Both the position numbers and the translations under genes were made by a program. Below are positions 29,731-39,196 of a stretch of 52,069 bases of DNA, one piece after another; position 1 is the stretch's first letter, and each line of letters opens with the position of its first letter. The stretch covers positions 1-52,069 of the forward strand of contig JAYEMF010000033.1 of the NCBI GenBank assembly GCA_034717975.1. Reading direction: 5' to 3'. The stretch is from Campylobacterota bacterium (GTDB taxonomy: Bacteria; Campylobacterota; Campylobacteria; Campylobacterales; Sulfurimonadaceae). A model generated the notes under the pieces. That model made no database searches and was not told where the DNA came from. It saw only the letters and a list, made by a program, of their open reading frames with translations.

Positions 29731-30246
29731 TTAAACGTTGTCAATGGCATCTTGAAGGATTTTCGTTGCAGCTGCCTTATCCTGGAATTCTTTGACTTTG
29801 ACCCATTTATTTGGTTCAAGCATTTTATAGGTCTCAAAGAAGTTTTTGATCTTTGCCAGAGTGTGCTTTGGAATATCGCCCAGATCCTGGATCTCATCAA
29901 ATGTCGGATCGATCTTTGATGTCGGAACGGCAAGCAGTTTCTCATCGATACCGCTCTCATCTTCCATGATCAAAACACCGACGAGACGACAGTTCAGGAC
30001 AGAACCTGCCTGCATCGGGTACTCGGTCAGGATCAGGATGTCAGCCGGGTCTCCATCTTGTGAAAGGGTCTGATTGACGAACCCGTAGTTGGCAGGGTAG
30101 TACATCGCCGAGTGCATGACACGGTCCAAAACGACAGCACCGCTCTCTTTTTCTACTTCGTATTTGATATTTGAGCCGCAAGGGATCTCAATAATTGCTT
30201 TTACTTTATCCGGATTTTCGCCATAGCCGATTTTGTCAAGATTCAT
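29731..30246 (-). CDS. ppa: Inorganic pyrophosphatase (family I)
   Basis: IEIP, KYE, YPANYG, DGDPAD, DEK and FFETYK motifs; GGAG SD before ATG at 30246. Confidence 0.95.
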   Translation of the reverse strand: MNLDKIGYGENPDKVKAIIEIPCGSNIKYEVEKESGAVVLDRVMHSAMYYPANYGFVNQTLSQDGDPADILILTEYPMQAGSVLNCRLVGVLIMEDESGIDEKLLAVPTSKIDPTFDEIQDLGDIPKHTLAKIKNFFETYKMLEPNKWVKVKEFQDKAAATKILQDAIDNV

Positions 30247-30454
30247 AAGTTGAAGTCTCCAGTATCTAAAATTAGTGGTTGGGATTGTAGCGAAAAAAGG
30301 CTGAAAGAATATTGTTTTAACCGTATGTTTTCCTTTCATTTGTAGGCATAATGGTAACAGTGAAAATAGAGATTTTACACATGTTTTACGTTATGAAAAA
30401 GTTTAAACATCTTTATATTATGATTACGTATCTATTCTATGTAAAGGTATGCAT

Positions 30455-30697
30455 ATGGAAGAAGTAAGTCTTGTCACCGAAGGGTTCAAATTTATGGCCC
30501 TTGGTATGGGAACCGTTTTTCTTTTCCTGTTGGTCATGATCGGTCTGATGATAGCACAGGCGAAGATCATTGCCCGATTTTTTCCGGAACCTCACCAGAG
30601 CGAAACGGCAGCAGCTCCTGCTCAGCAGAAGCAAAATGTTAATAATAAGATCGCAGCGATCACCGCAGCGATCATGCATCACAATCAATCTAAATAA
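30455..30697 (+). CDS. oadG: Na+-translocating decarboxylase gamma subunit
   Basis: LGMGTVFLFL TM helix, Ala/Pro linker and IAAITAAIMHH C-terminus. Confidence 0.88.
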   Translation: MEEVSLVTEGFKFMALGMGTVFLFLLVMIGLMIAQAKIIARFFPEPHQSETAAAPAQQKQNVNNKIAAITAAIMHHNQSK

Positions 30698-30705
30698 GGA
30701 TACCG

Positions 30706-32532
30706 ATGGCTAAGAAATTTATTGATGTTATGGATACAACTTTCCGTGACGGATTCCAGTCCGTTTTTGGAGGCCGTGTCCTGATGGATGACTTCTTTCC
30801 TGCAGTAGAAGCAGCGAAAGAGGCAGGTATTAACCACTTTGAGTTTGGAGGCGGTGCACGCTTTCAGAGTCTCTTTTTCTACCTGAACGAAAATGCATTC
30901 GATATGATGGATCGTTTCCGTGCCGTAGTAGGCCCGGATGCCAACCTTCAAACACTTGCCCGCGGTGTCAATACCGTTATGCTTGACACGGGAAGCCGTG
31001 AACTGGTCGATCTGCATGCTAAACTTTTCAAAAAGCATGGTACAACGACTATCCGTAACTTCGATGCACTTAACGATGTTGAGAACCTGAAGTATTCGGG
31101 TGAACGCATTGCCCATCACGGCCTCAATCATGAAGTAGTTGTGACGATGATGGACCTTCCTCCCGGATGTACAGGAGCACATGATGTCGCTTTTTATGAA
31201 AAAGTACTTCGCGAGATTCTTGATGCCGGTATTCCATATAGCTCTATCTGTTTTAAAGATGCATCAGGAACTTCATCACCTCAGAAAGTCTATGAGACCA
31301 TCCAGATGGCACGCAAACTTGTTCCCGAAGATACGCATCTGCGTCTCCATACGCATGAGACGGCCGGTGTTTCCGTAGGATGTTACATGGCTGCGTTAGA
31401 TGCCGGTATTGACGGTATCGATATGGCGGCAGCTCCGGTCTCAGGCGGGACAAGCCAGCCTGATATTTTGACAATGCTGCATGCAGTCAAAGATAAGCCT
31501 TATGACCTTGGCGGCCTGAAACTTGAAAATATCCTTACGTATGAAGAGGTACTTCAGGATTGTCTGAAAGACTATTTTATGCCGCCGGAAGCGACGATGG
31601 TCTCTCCATTGATCCCATTCTCGCCAATGCCGGGCGGTGCGTTGACAGCCAACACGCAGATGATGCGCGACAACAACATCCTGGACCGTTATACCGAAGT
31701 GATCAAAGCGATGCGCGAAGTGGTCGAGAAGGGTGGTTACGGAACTTCTGTTACACCGGTTTCCCAGTTTTATTTCCAGCAGGCACTTAACAATGTCATG
31801 ATGGGACCATGGAAGCAGATCGCTCCGGGTTACGGAAAGATGGTGCTTGGTTACTTTGGTAAGACACCGGTTGCTCCGGATCCGGAAATTGTAAAAATTG
31901 CTTCAGAGAAACTAAAGCTTGAGCCGACAACGGAAAATGCGATTGATATCGCTGATGCCGATGAACGTAAAACGATAGCCTGCTGGGTGGAACGTCTTGA
32001 AAAAGAGGGTGTCCAGATCACTGAGGAGAATGTCTTTATCGCTGCGTCATGTGACGAAAAAGGTATCTCGTTCCTTAAAGGCGAAGGTGAAGTCAACGTC
32101 CGTAAACTTTCAGAAATGGAAGCATCAACATCAACCCAATCAAATGCAGGAGAGAACAAACCTATGGCAGGATCATATACAGTAGTAGTAAACGGTGAAA
32201 AATTCAATGTACAAGTAGCAGAAGGTGACGCAGATATCCAGGTCACGCCGGTAGATACACCGACAGCAGCTGAAGCGGCAACACCGGCTCCATCAGCAGC
32301 GCCTGCAGCAGCGGGCGAGGGTGAAGAGGTCAAGTCGCAGCTTCCGGGAAATATGTGGAAAATTATCGCTAATCCAGGTGACAGCCTTAAAGAGGGTGAT
32401 AAGATCATGATCCTGGAATCAATGAAAATGGAGATTGATATTGTTGCGCCAAGAGATTGTGTTGTGAAGTCGATCAATGTCAATGTAAACGATAAGATTG
32501 TCGAAGGTCAAGTGCTAGCGGTCATAGGGTAA
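30706..32532 (+). CDS. oadA: Oxaloacetate decarboxylase alpha / pyruvate carboxylase B (carboxyltransferase plus biotinyl domain)
   Basis: DTTFRDG.QS, FKDASG, HTH and MPGG motifs; Ala/Pro linker; ESMKME biotin site. Confidence 0.92.
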   Translation: MAKKFIDVMDTTFRDGFQSVFGGRVLMDDFFPAVEAAKEAGINHFEFGGGARFQSLFFYLNENAFDMMDRFRAVVGPDANLQTLARGVNTVMLDTGSRELVDLHAKLFKKHGTTTIRNFDALNDVENLKYSGERIAHHGLNHEVVVTMMDLPPGCTGAHDVAFYEKVLREILDAGIPYSSICFKDASGTSSPQKVYETIQMARKLVPEDTHLRLHTHETAGVSVGCYMAALDAGIDGIDMAAAPVSGGTSQPDILTMLHAVKDKPYDLGGLKLENILTYEEVLQDCLKDYFMPPEATMVSPLIPFSPMPGGALTANTQMMRDNNILDRYTEVIKAMREVVEKGGYGTSVTPVSQFYFQQALNNVMMGPWKQIAPGYGKMVLGYFGKTPVAPDPEIVKIASEKLKLEPTTENAIDIADADERKTIACWVERLEKEGVQITEENVFIAASCDEKGISFLKGEGEVNVRKLSEMEASTSTQSNAGENKPMAGSYTVVVNGEKFNVQVAEGDADIQVTPVDTPTAAEAATPAPSAAPAAAGEGEEVKSQLPGNMWKIIANPGDSLKEGDKIMILESMKMEIDIVAPRDCVVKSINVNVNDKIVEGQVLAVIG

Positions 32533-32536
32533 GTTT

Positions 32537-33862
32537 ATGAAAAATCTTTTAGTTAAACTTTTTGTTGGCTTGATGCTCGTTACCTCTGCTTCACTCTTTG
32601 CGGGTGGTACACCTGCTCATGGTGAAACACCGGTAGTGGACACAACGCCATACGAATCTCAGTCTATGGGTAAAATGATCGGGAATTTTCTTGATCGTAC
32701 TGGTGTAGCCGCTTTGCTCAATCCTGATCCGGATGAAAAGGGTCTACATGGTGAAGAGATAACCGACTTTAATAAGTCGTGGGGTCGTGTGATCATGATC
32801 CTGGTTACCTTCGTGCTCTTCTATCTGGCCATTGGGAGAGGATTTGAACCTTTGCTGCTTCTACCGATAGGTTTTGGTGGTCTCTTGGCAAACATCCCGG
32901 TTGCAGGTATTGCCGGACCGGATGGCTTTTTGGGAATTATTTATGGGATGGGGATCGCGAACGGTCTCTTCCCGATCATAATCTTTATGGGTGTCGGGGC
33001 GATGACGGACTTTGGTCCGTTACTGGCAAACCCGAAAACGGCGTTGCTTGGTGCTGCCGCACAGTTTGGTATCTTTGGTACGCTTGTAGGTGCCGTAGCA
33101 CTTTCAGAGTACACGACTATCGTTGACTTTACGTTGAAACAGGCTTCGGCGATCAGTATCATCGGGGGTGCGGATGGACCGACGTCGATCTACATCGCGA
33201 CGGCGCTGGCACCTGAATTGCTCGGTGCGATTGCGGTTGCATCGTACTCCTATATGGCGCTTGTTCCGATCATTCAGCCTCCGATTATGAACGCATTGAC
33301 TTCGAAAGAGGAGCGCATGATCAAGATGACTACACTTCGTCCGGTATCACGTATGGAGAAGCTTGTTTTCCCTGTTACGGTACTGACGCTTGCCATCTTG
33401 GTGCTTCCGGATGCAACACCGCTGATCGGTGCGTTTATGTTCGGTAACTTCCTGAAAGAGTCGGGTGTAGTCGAGCGCCTGAACGATACGCTTCAGAATG
33501 CTCTGATCAATATTGTCACGATCTTCCTGGGATTGGGTGTTGGTTCGAAACTTGCATCTGACCAGTTCCTGGTTCCTGAGACGATGGCAATTATCGTTCT
33601 TGGTCTGATCGCCTTCTCTGTCGGTACGGCGGCAGGTGTTATCATGGCTAAGGTAATGAACATGTTCTCAAAAACGAAGATCAATCCGCTGATCGGTTCG
33701 GCAGGTGTTTCTGCTGTTCCGATGGCGGCACGTGTATCGAATAAAGTCGGTATGGAGAACAACCCTCAGAATTTTCTGTTGATGCATGCGATGGGTCCAA
33801 ATGTTGCAGGGGTTATCGGTTCAGCTGTTGCTGCCGGTGTACTTCTGTCTATCTTTAATTAG
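32537..33862 (+). CDS. oadB: Na+-translocating decarboxylase beta subunit
   Basis: [39 protein letters not shown] and [11 protein letters not shown] motifs. Confidence 0.95.
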   Translation: MKNLLVKLFVGLMLVTSASLFAGGTPAHGETPVVDTTPYESQSMGKMIGNFLDRTGVAALLNPDPDEKGLHGEEITDFNKSWGRVIMILVTFVLFYLAIGRGFEPLLLLPIGFGGLLANIPVAGIAGPDGFLGIIYGMGIANGLFPIIIFMGVGAMTDFGPLLANPKTALLGAAAQFGIFGTLVGAVALSEYTTIVDFTLKQASAISIIGGADGPTSIYIATALAPELLGAIAVASYSYMALVPIIQPPIMNALTSKEERMIKMTTLRPVSRMEKLVFPVTVLTLAILVLPDATPLIGAFMFGNFLKESGVVERLNDTLQNALINIVTIFLGLGVGSKLASDQFLVPETMAIIVLGLIAFSVGTAAGVIMAKVMNMFSKTKINPLIGSAGVSAVPMAARVSNKVGMENNPQNFLLMHAMGPNVAGVIGSAVAAGVLLSIFN

Positions 33863-33873
33863 ATAGAATTATA

Positions 33874-33906
33874 ATGCCATGCTTTGCATGGCATCTTTCC
33901 TTTTTT
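33874..33906 (+). terminator. Rho-independent terminator of oadGAB
   Basis: ATGCCATGC-TTT-GCATGGCAT followed by CTTTCCTTTTTT. Confidence 0.75.
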
Positions 33907-33934
33907 ATAAATACTCCTGTTTATCATTATCTTA

Positions 33935-34064
33935 CTCAACTATCGCATATGCCGTCACCCCGGACTTGATCCGGGGTCCACAGCTGCAACGTCTTAAACA
34001 TAAAAACCACTAGATTCCGGGTCAAGCCCGGAATGACAGCTGTCTTTCATATGCGAAAGTTGAG
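33935..34064. mobile_element. 130-bp MITE-like element A with an internal REP-like doublet
   Basis: 17-bp TIRs CTCAACTATCGCATATG / CATATGCGAAAGTTGAG (16/17); perfect flanking 9-bp duplication ATTATCTTA (33926-33934, 34065-34073). Confidence 0.85.
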
Positions 34065-34178
34065 ATTATCTTATTTTTAGAGCCAGTAGAAAAATAATCG
34101 AGACTTTGGATATTTGTAACTTGTCTTATAAACGACAATGTCTTAAGTTGACTGGCTAAAGAAAAGTTTGAGTGCTAG

Positions 34179-35117
34179 CTAGTTCTGCATCACATCGATA
34201 ATAAGTGGAATGATGTTTTTACTTTTCGTTTTATCGATAAAGCCATCGGCTCCAAGCCCTTCTGCTTCACGTTTGTTGTTTTCACCGGTCATGGAGCTGT
34301 TTACAATAATAGGGATCTCTTTGGTATGTGTATTTGATTTTAGTGTTTTGATGACGGTAAACCCTGACATTTCCGGCATCTCAATGTCGGTGATGATGGC
34401 AGGAATCTCTTCAGCTGACTCCAGGGAATCAATATAGTCGACCAGAAGCTTCCCATTATCAAAAATACGGTAATTGACACCAGAGTTTTCAAAAATCTGC
34501 TGAAGGTGCCGTTGTGCTGTTTTTGAATCTTCAGCAATGAGTACTGTTCCATTTTTGAGTTTGTCGGGAATTTGAAGATTTTCAAGGTTTGCCGGTGACA
34601 TGGTAGTGTCTACCATCGCCTGAGGAATTACATCTGCGAGTAGCTTTTCATAATCAAGTACCAGACAGAGACTGCCATCTTCCAGACGGGTATCATTGAT
34701 GACAAGAGAATCATCACCCATACGATAACCATCCGGTGCGTGCATCTCGGACCAGTTGCGCTTGACGACACGAAAGGCATACATAATACGTAGTCCGATG
34801 ATGATCCCGTTAAAGTCACAGATCAAAATATTTGAGTTTTGCATCTGCTCTGGTGTCAGATGGATATTCAGCCAGTTTGGAAGATTCAATATAGGTATCT
34901 GCATCCCGCGAAGGACAATAGTGCCTTCCAGCATGGGATGTGATGACGGGATCAATGTCAGGCGATGTCGTTTGCTTTCGACGACTTCCCGAGTCTTGAA
35001 AACATTGATGGCGTAGTAAGGTGACTCTTCGGTATCGTTTGCTTTGAAGACAAGCAGCTGAAGTTCATTGTTTTTAGCCAGGTTGGTGGCCGCGTCGACA
35101 TGATCAAGCAAAGACAT
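34179..35117 (-). CDS. cheV: Chemotaxis protein CheV (CheW plus REC)
   Basis: NNELQLL.F, YAINVFK.RE, AEDS, TDIEMPEMSG and NSSM motifs. Confidence 0.92.
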   Translation of the reverse strand: MSLLDHVDAATNLAKNNELQLLVFKANDTEESPYYAINVFKTREVVESKRHRLTLIPSSHPMLEGTIVLRGMQIPILNLPNWLNIHLTPEQMQNSNILICDFNGIIIGLRIMYAFRVVKRNWSEMHAPDGYRMGDDSLVINDTRLEDGSLCLVLDYEKLLADVIPQAMVDTTMSPANLENLQIPDKLKNGTVLIAEDSKTAQRHLQQIFENSGVNYRIFDNGKLLVDYIDSLESAEEIPAIITDIEMPEMSGFTVIKTLKSNTHTKEIPIIVNSSMTGENNKREAEGLGADGFIDKTKSKNIIPLIIDVMQN

Positions 35118-35229
35118 GAAAAGACCTTCATATAAGTTCTTAACATGATAGCAGATTCGTGGTTAATTTCGCTATCTTGTTAGTAAATTATCAGTATACT
35201 CTCTTCTGCAAAAGCACTGAAGGTACGGC

Positions 35230-38200
35230 ATGAACAAACTGATAGATTTCTTTCTTAAAAATGTACATCTCAACCACCTGATGCTTGCTTTCTTACTGAT
35301 CTCCGGAATTTACGCTTATATTAAGATCCCCAAAGAACTTTTTCCAGATGTGATGCTCGACAAGATCACTATTTCCGGTGCCTATGCCGGTACGAGTGCT
35401 ACAACGCTTGATAAGATGGCGGTGCGTGATATCGAGGATGATGTTGGCGGCATCAATGGTATACAGGAGATAGACAGTGTCATCACCCCCGGGCAGTTTG
35501 CCGTCATTCTCACGCTCGATAAAAGTGCCGAACCCGACCTAACGCTTGACAAAGTCAAAGATGCCATTGCCAATGTGCGCCAGTACCTTCCGGCTGATAT
35601 GAATGAACCGGTTGCCAAAGTCATGGACCACAACCGTGATCTGATCAAACTGGCTGTTTCATCCGATACGATCGGCTTTGATGAACTGCTTCGTGAAGCA
35701 AAAAAGGTACGCAGTTATCTCCTGAAGATGCCGCATATCAGCGAGGTGGATATTTACGGGGACTCTGATAAAAAAATCGAGGTCAAGATTGATTCGGAGG
35801 CACTGAAAGCTTACAATCTTAACCCTTCTGAGGTTATCAATACGATCAGTAATCTCTCCTACACCTATCCGATCGGTAATATCGACGATGAAGAGAAGTT
35901 TATCTTTGTCTCGACGGTTAATGGTAAAGAAGATGTCGAAGAGTGGGGGAAGACCCTGCTTCATATCGGTGAGCACTACCTCTATCTGAATGATATAGCC
36001 AAGGTGAAGATCTATCATCCCCAGGATGTCACACTTTCGTCTTATGATGGAAAAAAATCATTGACACTGAGTGTCTCCAAAGATATGACCGGTGACTCTA
36101 TCTGGCTTGCCAAAGAGCTGCAAAAAGAGATTAAGGAGTATGGCAAGCAGTATAAAACGATCGACTTCGAATTTTATAATGACCACTCCATCCCGGTAAA
36201 GAATCGTCTGGATGTTATCATCTCCAACTTGACGCTGGGGCTGATCCTGATCTTTTTAACGATGTATTTTCTCATCAACCGCAACACCGCCATCGTTGTC
36301 ACGTTGGGGATTCCTTTCTCTTTCATTATCGGCTTGCTCTTCCTCTACAACATGGGGTATTCACTCAATATCGTCTCGCTGATCGGTGCCATCCTGGTAG
36401 TCGGTATCGCGGTGGATGATGCCGTTGTCGTCTCGGAAAATATCCAGCGCCATATCGATGAGGGGATGGAACCTTCCGATGCGGCACTCGCCGGGGCAAA
36501 GGAGATGATGCTGCCGGTCACGCTTGCGACGCTGACAACGGTTGTTGCCTTTATGCCTATGTTTATGCTCAGCGGGGAGATGGGGCTCTTTATTAAACTG
36601 ATCCCCGTTGTTGTGATCATGGTCTTGCTCGGTTCACTGCTGGAGAGCTTCTTCTTCCTGCCGCTGCATGCCAAGACACTGCTGAAGAAAAATACCCCTT
36701 CGCGTGACTGGTCGAGATGGACCGACCTGTATGAGCGCATCCTGCACTATATGCTTCACTATAAAAAGACGACCCTGGCTATCTTCTTTATTGCCGTTCC
36801 CCTTATGACGTTGGGAACACTTAAGATGCTTCATTTCCAGTTCTTTCCAAGTTTCGATGGTGATAAGCTCTACATCACGGGAAAACTCAATATCAATACG
36901 AGTCTGGAAAAGACCTATGCCATTGCCGAAGAGATCAATGCCGAAGTTCTGATGAAGAAGGAAGAGCTCTTCGTTAAAACGGTCTCACAGCTCAGCGGAA
37001 GACGGAAAAACCTTGCCCAGGAGTGGGTACGCGGCAGTAATATGTTCTATATCACTCTGGAACTTCACGATATGGTCGATACCAATTTTGTCAACAAATA
37101 TATCAATCCTGTTTTAGATCTTTCATTCAACTTTAATGACCCCAGTAAAATACGCACCCTCTACTCGTATGAGTTGGCAGAAGAGCTTCGCAAAATCCTG
37201 AAAAAATATGAGAGTAAGTATCAGTTTGAAGAGTTTGCTGTGATGGAACGCAAAGTAGGTCTGATCAAGACCGATATCGAGATCAATCTCATCGGTAGCA
37301 ATGATGCGCAGATCGAAGCGTCGGTTTTAAAGCTTAAAGCGGGACTTGCTGATGTCTCAGGTGTCAATGAGATCGTGGACAATGTCCGTTACGGCAAGAG
37401 TGAATACAAGATCAAGATAAACAGTTACGGTGAGCAGCTTGGTCTGAGTGAGGGGTATGTTGCGTCTATCCTCAGCGGTTATTTTCTGGGGAACCGAAAA
37501 GCACTCAGTTTTGACGATGACGGGGTAGTAGAGATTACGACTGAATTCAGTGATAAGGATAATATTTCCAAACTGGTAAATTTCGACCTCCCTCTTGGTA
37601 ATGGCCGCTTTGTCCAGCTCAATCAGGTAGCGGAGTTTATCGAGGTCCAGGATTATGAGATGATCGTCAAAGAGAATGGTAGTATCGTTAAAACGGTCAG
37701 TGCCAACGTCGATAAGGCGCAGACGACCTCGATCCAGGTACTTGAGAAGATACGGCCGCTGCTCGATGAGATCGGAGAGGACGGTATCACCGTTCATGTC
37801 CTTGGTGAGCAGGAGAAAAATGAGCAGCTCAAAAGGGATATGCTGCGGGCCGTTGGCATGGCACTCTTCTTGATGCTGATCCTGCTGCTGTTTATATTTC
37901 CGAAGATAAAGTATGCCTTGATGATTCTTTCAGTCATTCCTTTTTCTATTTTTGGTGGCCTTTTTGGCCATCTTATCATGGGGATGAACATCGCGATGCC
38001 GTCGGTGATCGGACTGCTTGGTCTGGCAGGCGTTGTGATAAATGACGGGATTATTATGCTTGATTTCCTGCACGGAACGCATGATACAAAAGCATTTTAC
38101 AAGCGGGCGAAACAGCGTCTGAGACCGATCATTATCACCTCGGTGACGACCTTTATTGGCCTCTCTACCTTGATCTTTTTCGCGACCGGACAGGCGAAGA

Positions 38201-38367
38201 TCATGCAGCCGTTGGCCATCTCCCTTGGCTTTGGACTGCTCTGGGGTACCGTTGTCAATCTACTTTATCTGCCGACACTCTATGCAATGGTCAATAAGAT
38301 CCGTCCGGAGAGTGAAAAAGATGAGCTGCAAACGGTGCAAAACCAAACTAAAGCGATGAAACAGTAA
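35230..38367 (+). CDS. RND efflux transporter permease (AcrB/AcrD/AcrF family)
   Basis: 1045 aa; ELFPD, GIAVDDAVVVSEN, GVVIND and RLRPIIITS motifs. Confidence 0.95.
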   Translation: MNKLIDFFLKNVHLNHLMLAFLLISGIYAYIKIPKELFPDVMLDKITISGAYAGTSATTLDKMAVRDIEDDVGGINGIQEIDSVITPGQFAVILTLDKSAEPDLTLDKVKDAIANVRQYLPADMNEPVAKVMDHNRDLIKLAVSSDTIGFDELLREAKKVRSYLLKMPHISEVDIYGDSDKKIEVKIDSEALKAYNLNPSEVINTISNLSYTYPIGNIDDEEKFIFVSTVNGKEDVEEWGKTLLHIGEHYLYLNDIAKVKIYHPQDVTLSSYDGKKSLTLSVSKDMTGDSIWLAKELQKEIKEYGKQYKTIDFEFYNDHSIPVKNRLDVIISNLTLGLILIFLTMYFLINRNTAIVVTLGIPFSFIIGLLFLYNMGYSLNIVSLIGAILVVGIAVDDAVVVSENIQRHIDEGMEPSDAALAGAKEMMLPVTLATLTTVVAFMPMFMLSGEMGLFIKLIPVVVIMVLLGSLLESFFFLPLHAKTLLKKNTPSRDWSRWTDLYERILHYMLHYKKTTLAIFFIAVPLMTLGTLKMLHFQFFPSFDGDKLYITGKLNINTSLEKTYAIAEEINAEVLMKKEELFVKTVSQLSGRRKNLAQEWVRGSNMFYITLELHDMVDTNFVNKYINPVLDLSFNFNDPSKIRTLYSYELAEELRKILKKYESKYQFEEFAVMERKVGLIKTDIEINLIGSNDAQIEASVLKLKAGLADVSGVNEIVDNVRYGKSEYKIKINSYGEQLGLSEGYVASILSGYFLGNRKALSFDDDGVVEITTEFSDKDNISKLVNFDLPLGNGRFVQLNQVAEFIEVQDYEMIVKENGSIVKTVSANVDKAQTTSIQVLEKIRPLLDEIGEDGITVHVLGEQEKNEQLKRDMLRAVGMALFLMLILLLFIFPKIKYALMILSVIPFSIFGGLFGHLIMGMNIAMPSVIGLLGLAGVVINDGIIMLDFLHGTHDTKAFYKRAKQRLRPIIITSVTTFIGLSTLIFFATGQAKIMQPLAISLGFGLLWGTVVNLLYLPTLYAMVNKIRPESEKDELQTVQNQTKAMKQ

Positions 38368-38395
38368 AATAACTGTTAATGAAGAAGGATACAGT

Positions 38396-39196
38396 GTGAG
38401 AAAACTATTACTTTTATTGATATTTCCGGTGCTTTCGCTGATGGCGAAAGATTACTATGCCAAGGTGGAGCCCTATGAAGTTCAGACGATTGCATCCAAT
38501 GTCTCCGGGCAGGTGCTCTTTACTGATGAAAAACGTGAAGGTCAGGTCTTGGGCAAGGAAAACTATATCAAGATCGATGATGAGATCGATGCCATTGAGC
38601 TTAAGCAGAGTATAGAGAAGATAACACTTCTTGAAAACACGCTCAGACTCAATGAAGCGATGGTCGAGAACTACAAGCAGATGCTGGAAAAAAAGCAGAC
38701 CAATTACGACCGCGTAAAAGCATTGAAGATCAAGTCGACGGTTGAAAAAGATAGAGAGTTTTATGACCTTGTAGCTACACAAAACCAGTATATCGGTACG
38801 CAAAAAGAGATCGAAAACCTGAAGATCCAGATCAATGATCTCTCCCTTCGACAGGTGCAACTGAAGCGAAGTATACAGGACAAACATCTATCGGCCCCGG
38901 GTTTTGTGCTTTATCGACTGTTAGTCAAAGAGGGACAGGTAGTTAACCCTTCTGCTCCATTGGCCGAGATCGCCGATGTCAGACGTGCCAAACTGACTAT
39001 CTATCTCAATGCGGAAGATATGAACGGCATTAAAAAGAGGGTGATCTATCTTAATGGAAAAAAGAGCAGCTACAAGATCGACCGTCTCTGGAATATCGCC
39101 GATGCCACCCACCTCTCAAGCTACCGTGCCGAGATCATTATCGATGCGCCAAAACGCTTCTCTTCCCTGATGAAAGTAGAATTCAGAAGTGAGTAG
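38396..39196 (+). CDS. Periplasmic adaptor (HlyD/MFP family)
   Basis: Signal peptide; lipoyl halves (IASNVSGQV; SAP...VKEGQVV) flanking a coiled coil; follows the RND gene. Confidence 0.85.
   Translation: MRKLLLLLIFPVLSLMAKDYYAKVEPYEVQTIASNVSGQVLFTDEKREGQVLGKENYIKIDDEIDAIELKQSIEKITLLENTLRLNEAMVENYKQMLEKKQTNYDRVKALKIKSTVEKDREFYDLVATQNQYIGTQKEIENLKIQINDLSLRQVQLKRSIQDKHLSAPGFVLYRLLVKEGQVVNPSAPLAEIADVRRAKLTIYLNAEDMNGIKKRVIYLNGKKSSYKIDRLWNIADATHLSSYRAEIIIDAPKRFSSLMKVEFRSE

Noticed and set aside
31851..32483. 210-aa Ser/Ala-rich antisense ORF
   Set aside because: Mirror of the Ala/Pro/Thr linker of oadA.
33935..34064. Palindromic elements as a CRISPR array or integron attC sites
   Set aside because: No repeat-spacer periodicity, cas or intI genes, and no RYYYAAC...GTTRRRY core; TIR plus duplication fits a MITE.
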